Source: a virus. From it: a stretch of DNA of 64,000 nt. The position numbers and the translations under genes were made by a program. The notes beneath the pieces were generated by a model. That model saw nothing but the letters and a program-made list of their open reading frames with translations, was not told the origin of the DNA and did no database searches. Below are positions 63,982 through 64,000 of the stretch, one piece after another. Each line of letters begins with the position of its first letter. The stretch's first letter is position 1. Location: the IMG/VR virus record IMGVR_UViG_3300014502_000006, positions 11,147-75,146 of that record; one strand, given 5' to 3'.

Positions 63982-64000
63982 ATTATACCACACTTTCTCA
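63982..64000 (-). promoter_or_regulatory. Probable promoter (-10 element; the -35 would lie outside the window)
   Basis: AAAGTGTGG-TATAAT, the same context as the 51835 promoter, upstream of the RNAP gene. Confidence 0.5.

Overview
This window looks like part of a large tailed-phage (siphovirus-like) genome or prophage with SPbeta-like organisation. Every gene I could support is on the minus strand. In transcription order (high to low coordinate) it carries: a YonO-like single-subunit RNA polymerase and a neighbouring gene; a GH25-SH3 endolysin; PhoH; a methyltransferase/GT4 glycosyltransferase/collagen-like/FkbM cassette; an RNA-rich island (49.2-53.5 kb) with consensus sigma70-type promoters, four tRNA or tRNA-like genes and a DUF2828 (TROVE/Ro60-like + vWA) gene; a 21-kb cluster of Gly-X-Thr collagen-like fibre genes including one 4622-aa ORF; then terminase, portal, ferritin, protease/scaffold, decoration, capsid, neck and tail genes, RuvC, a tyrosine recombinase and a tape measure gene that runs off the left edge. 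The strongest candidate for an undescribed system is at 51275-51819. There a dedicated promoter drives six tandem small-RNA units directly into the DUF2828 gene, and a seventh unit lies at 52348-52414. Each unit has a covarying 6-7-bp closing stem, a conserved CAGCAA(CCC) motif and a variable cargo hairpin. Several cargos look like isolated tRNA arms (an Asn anticodon arm, a Cys-like anticodon arm, T-arms), suggesting a Ro/Y-RNA-like RNP that displays tRNA mimics. All family calls come from motif recognition and gene order, not database searches.
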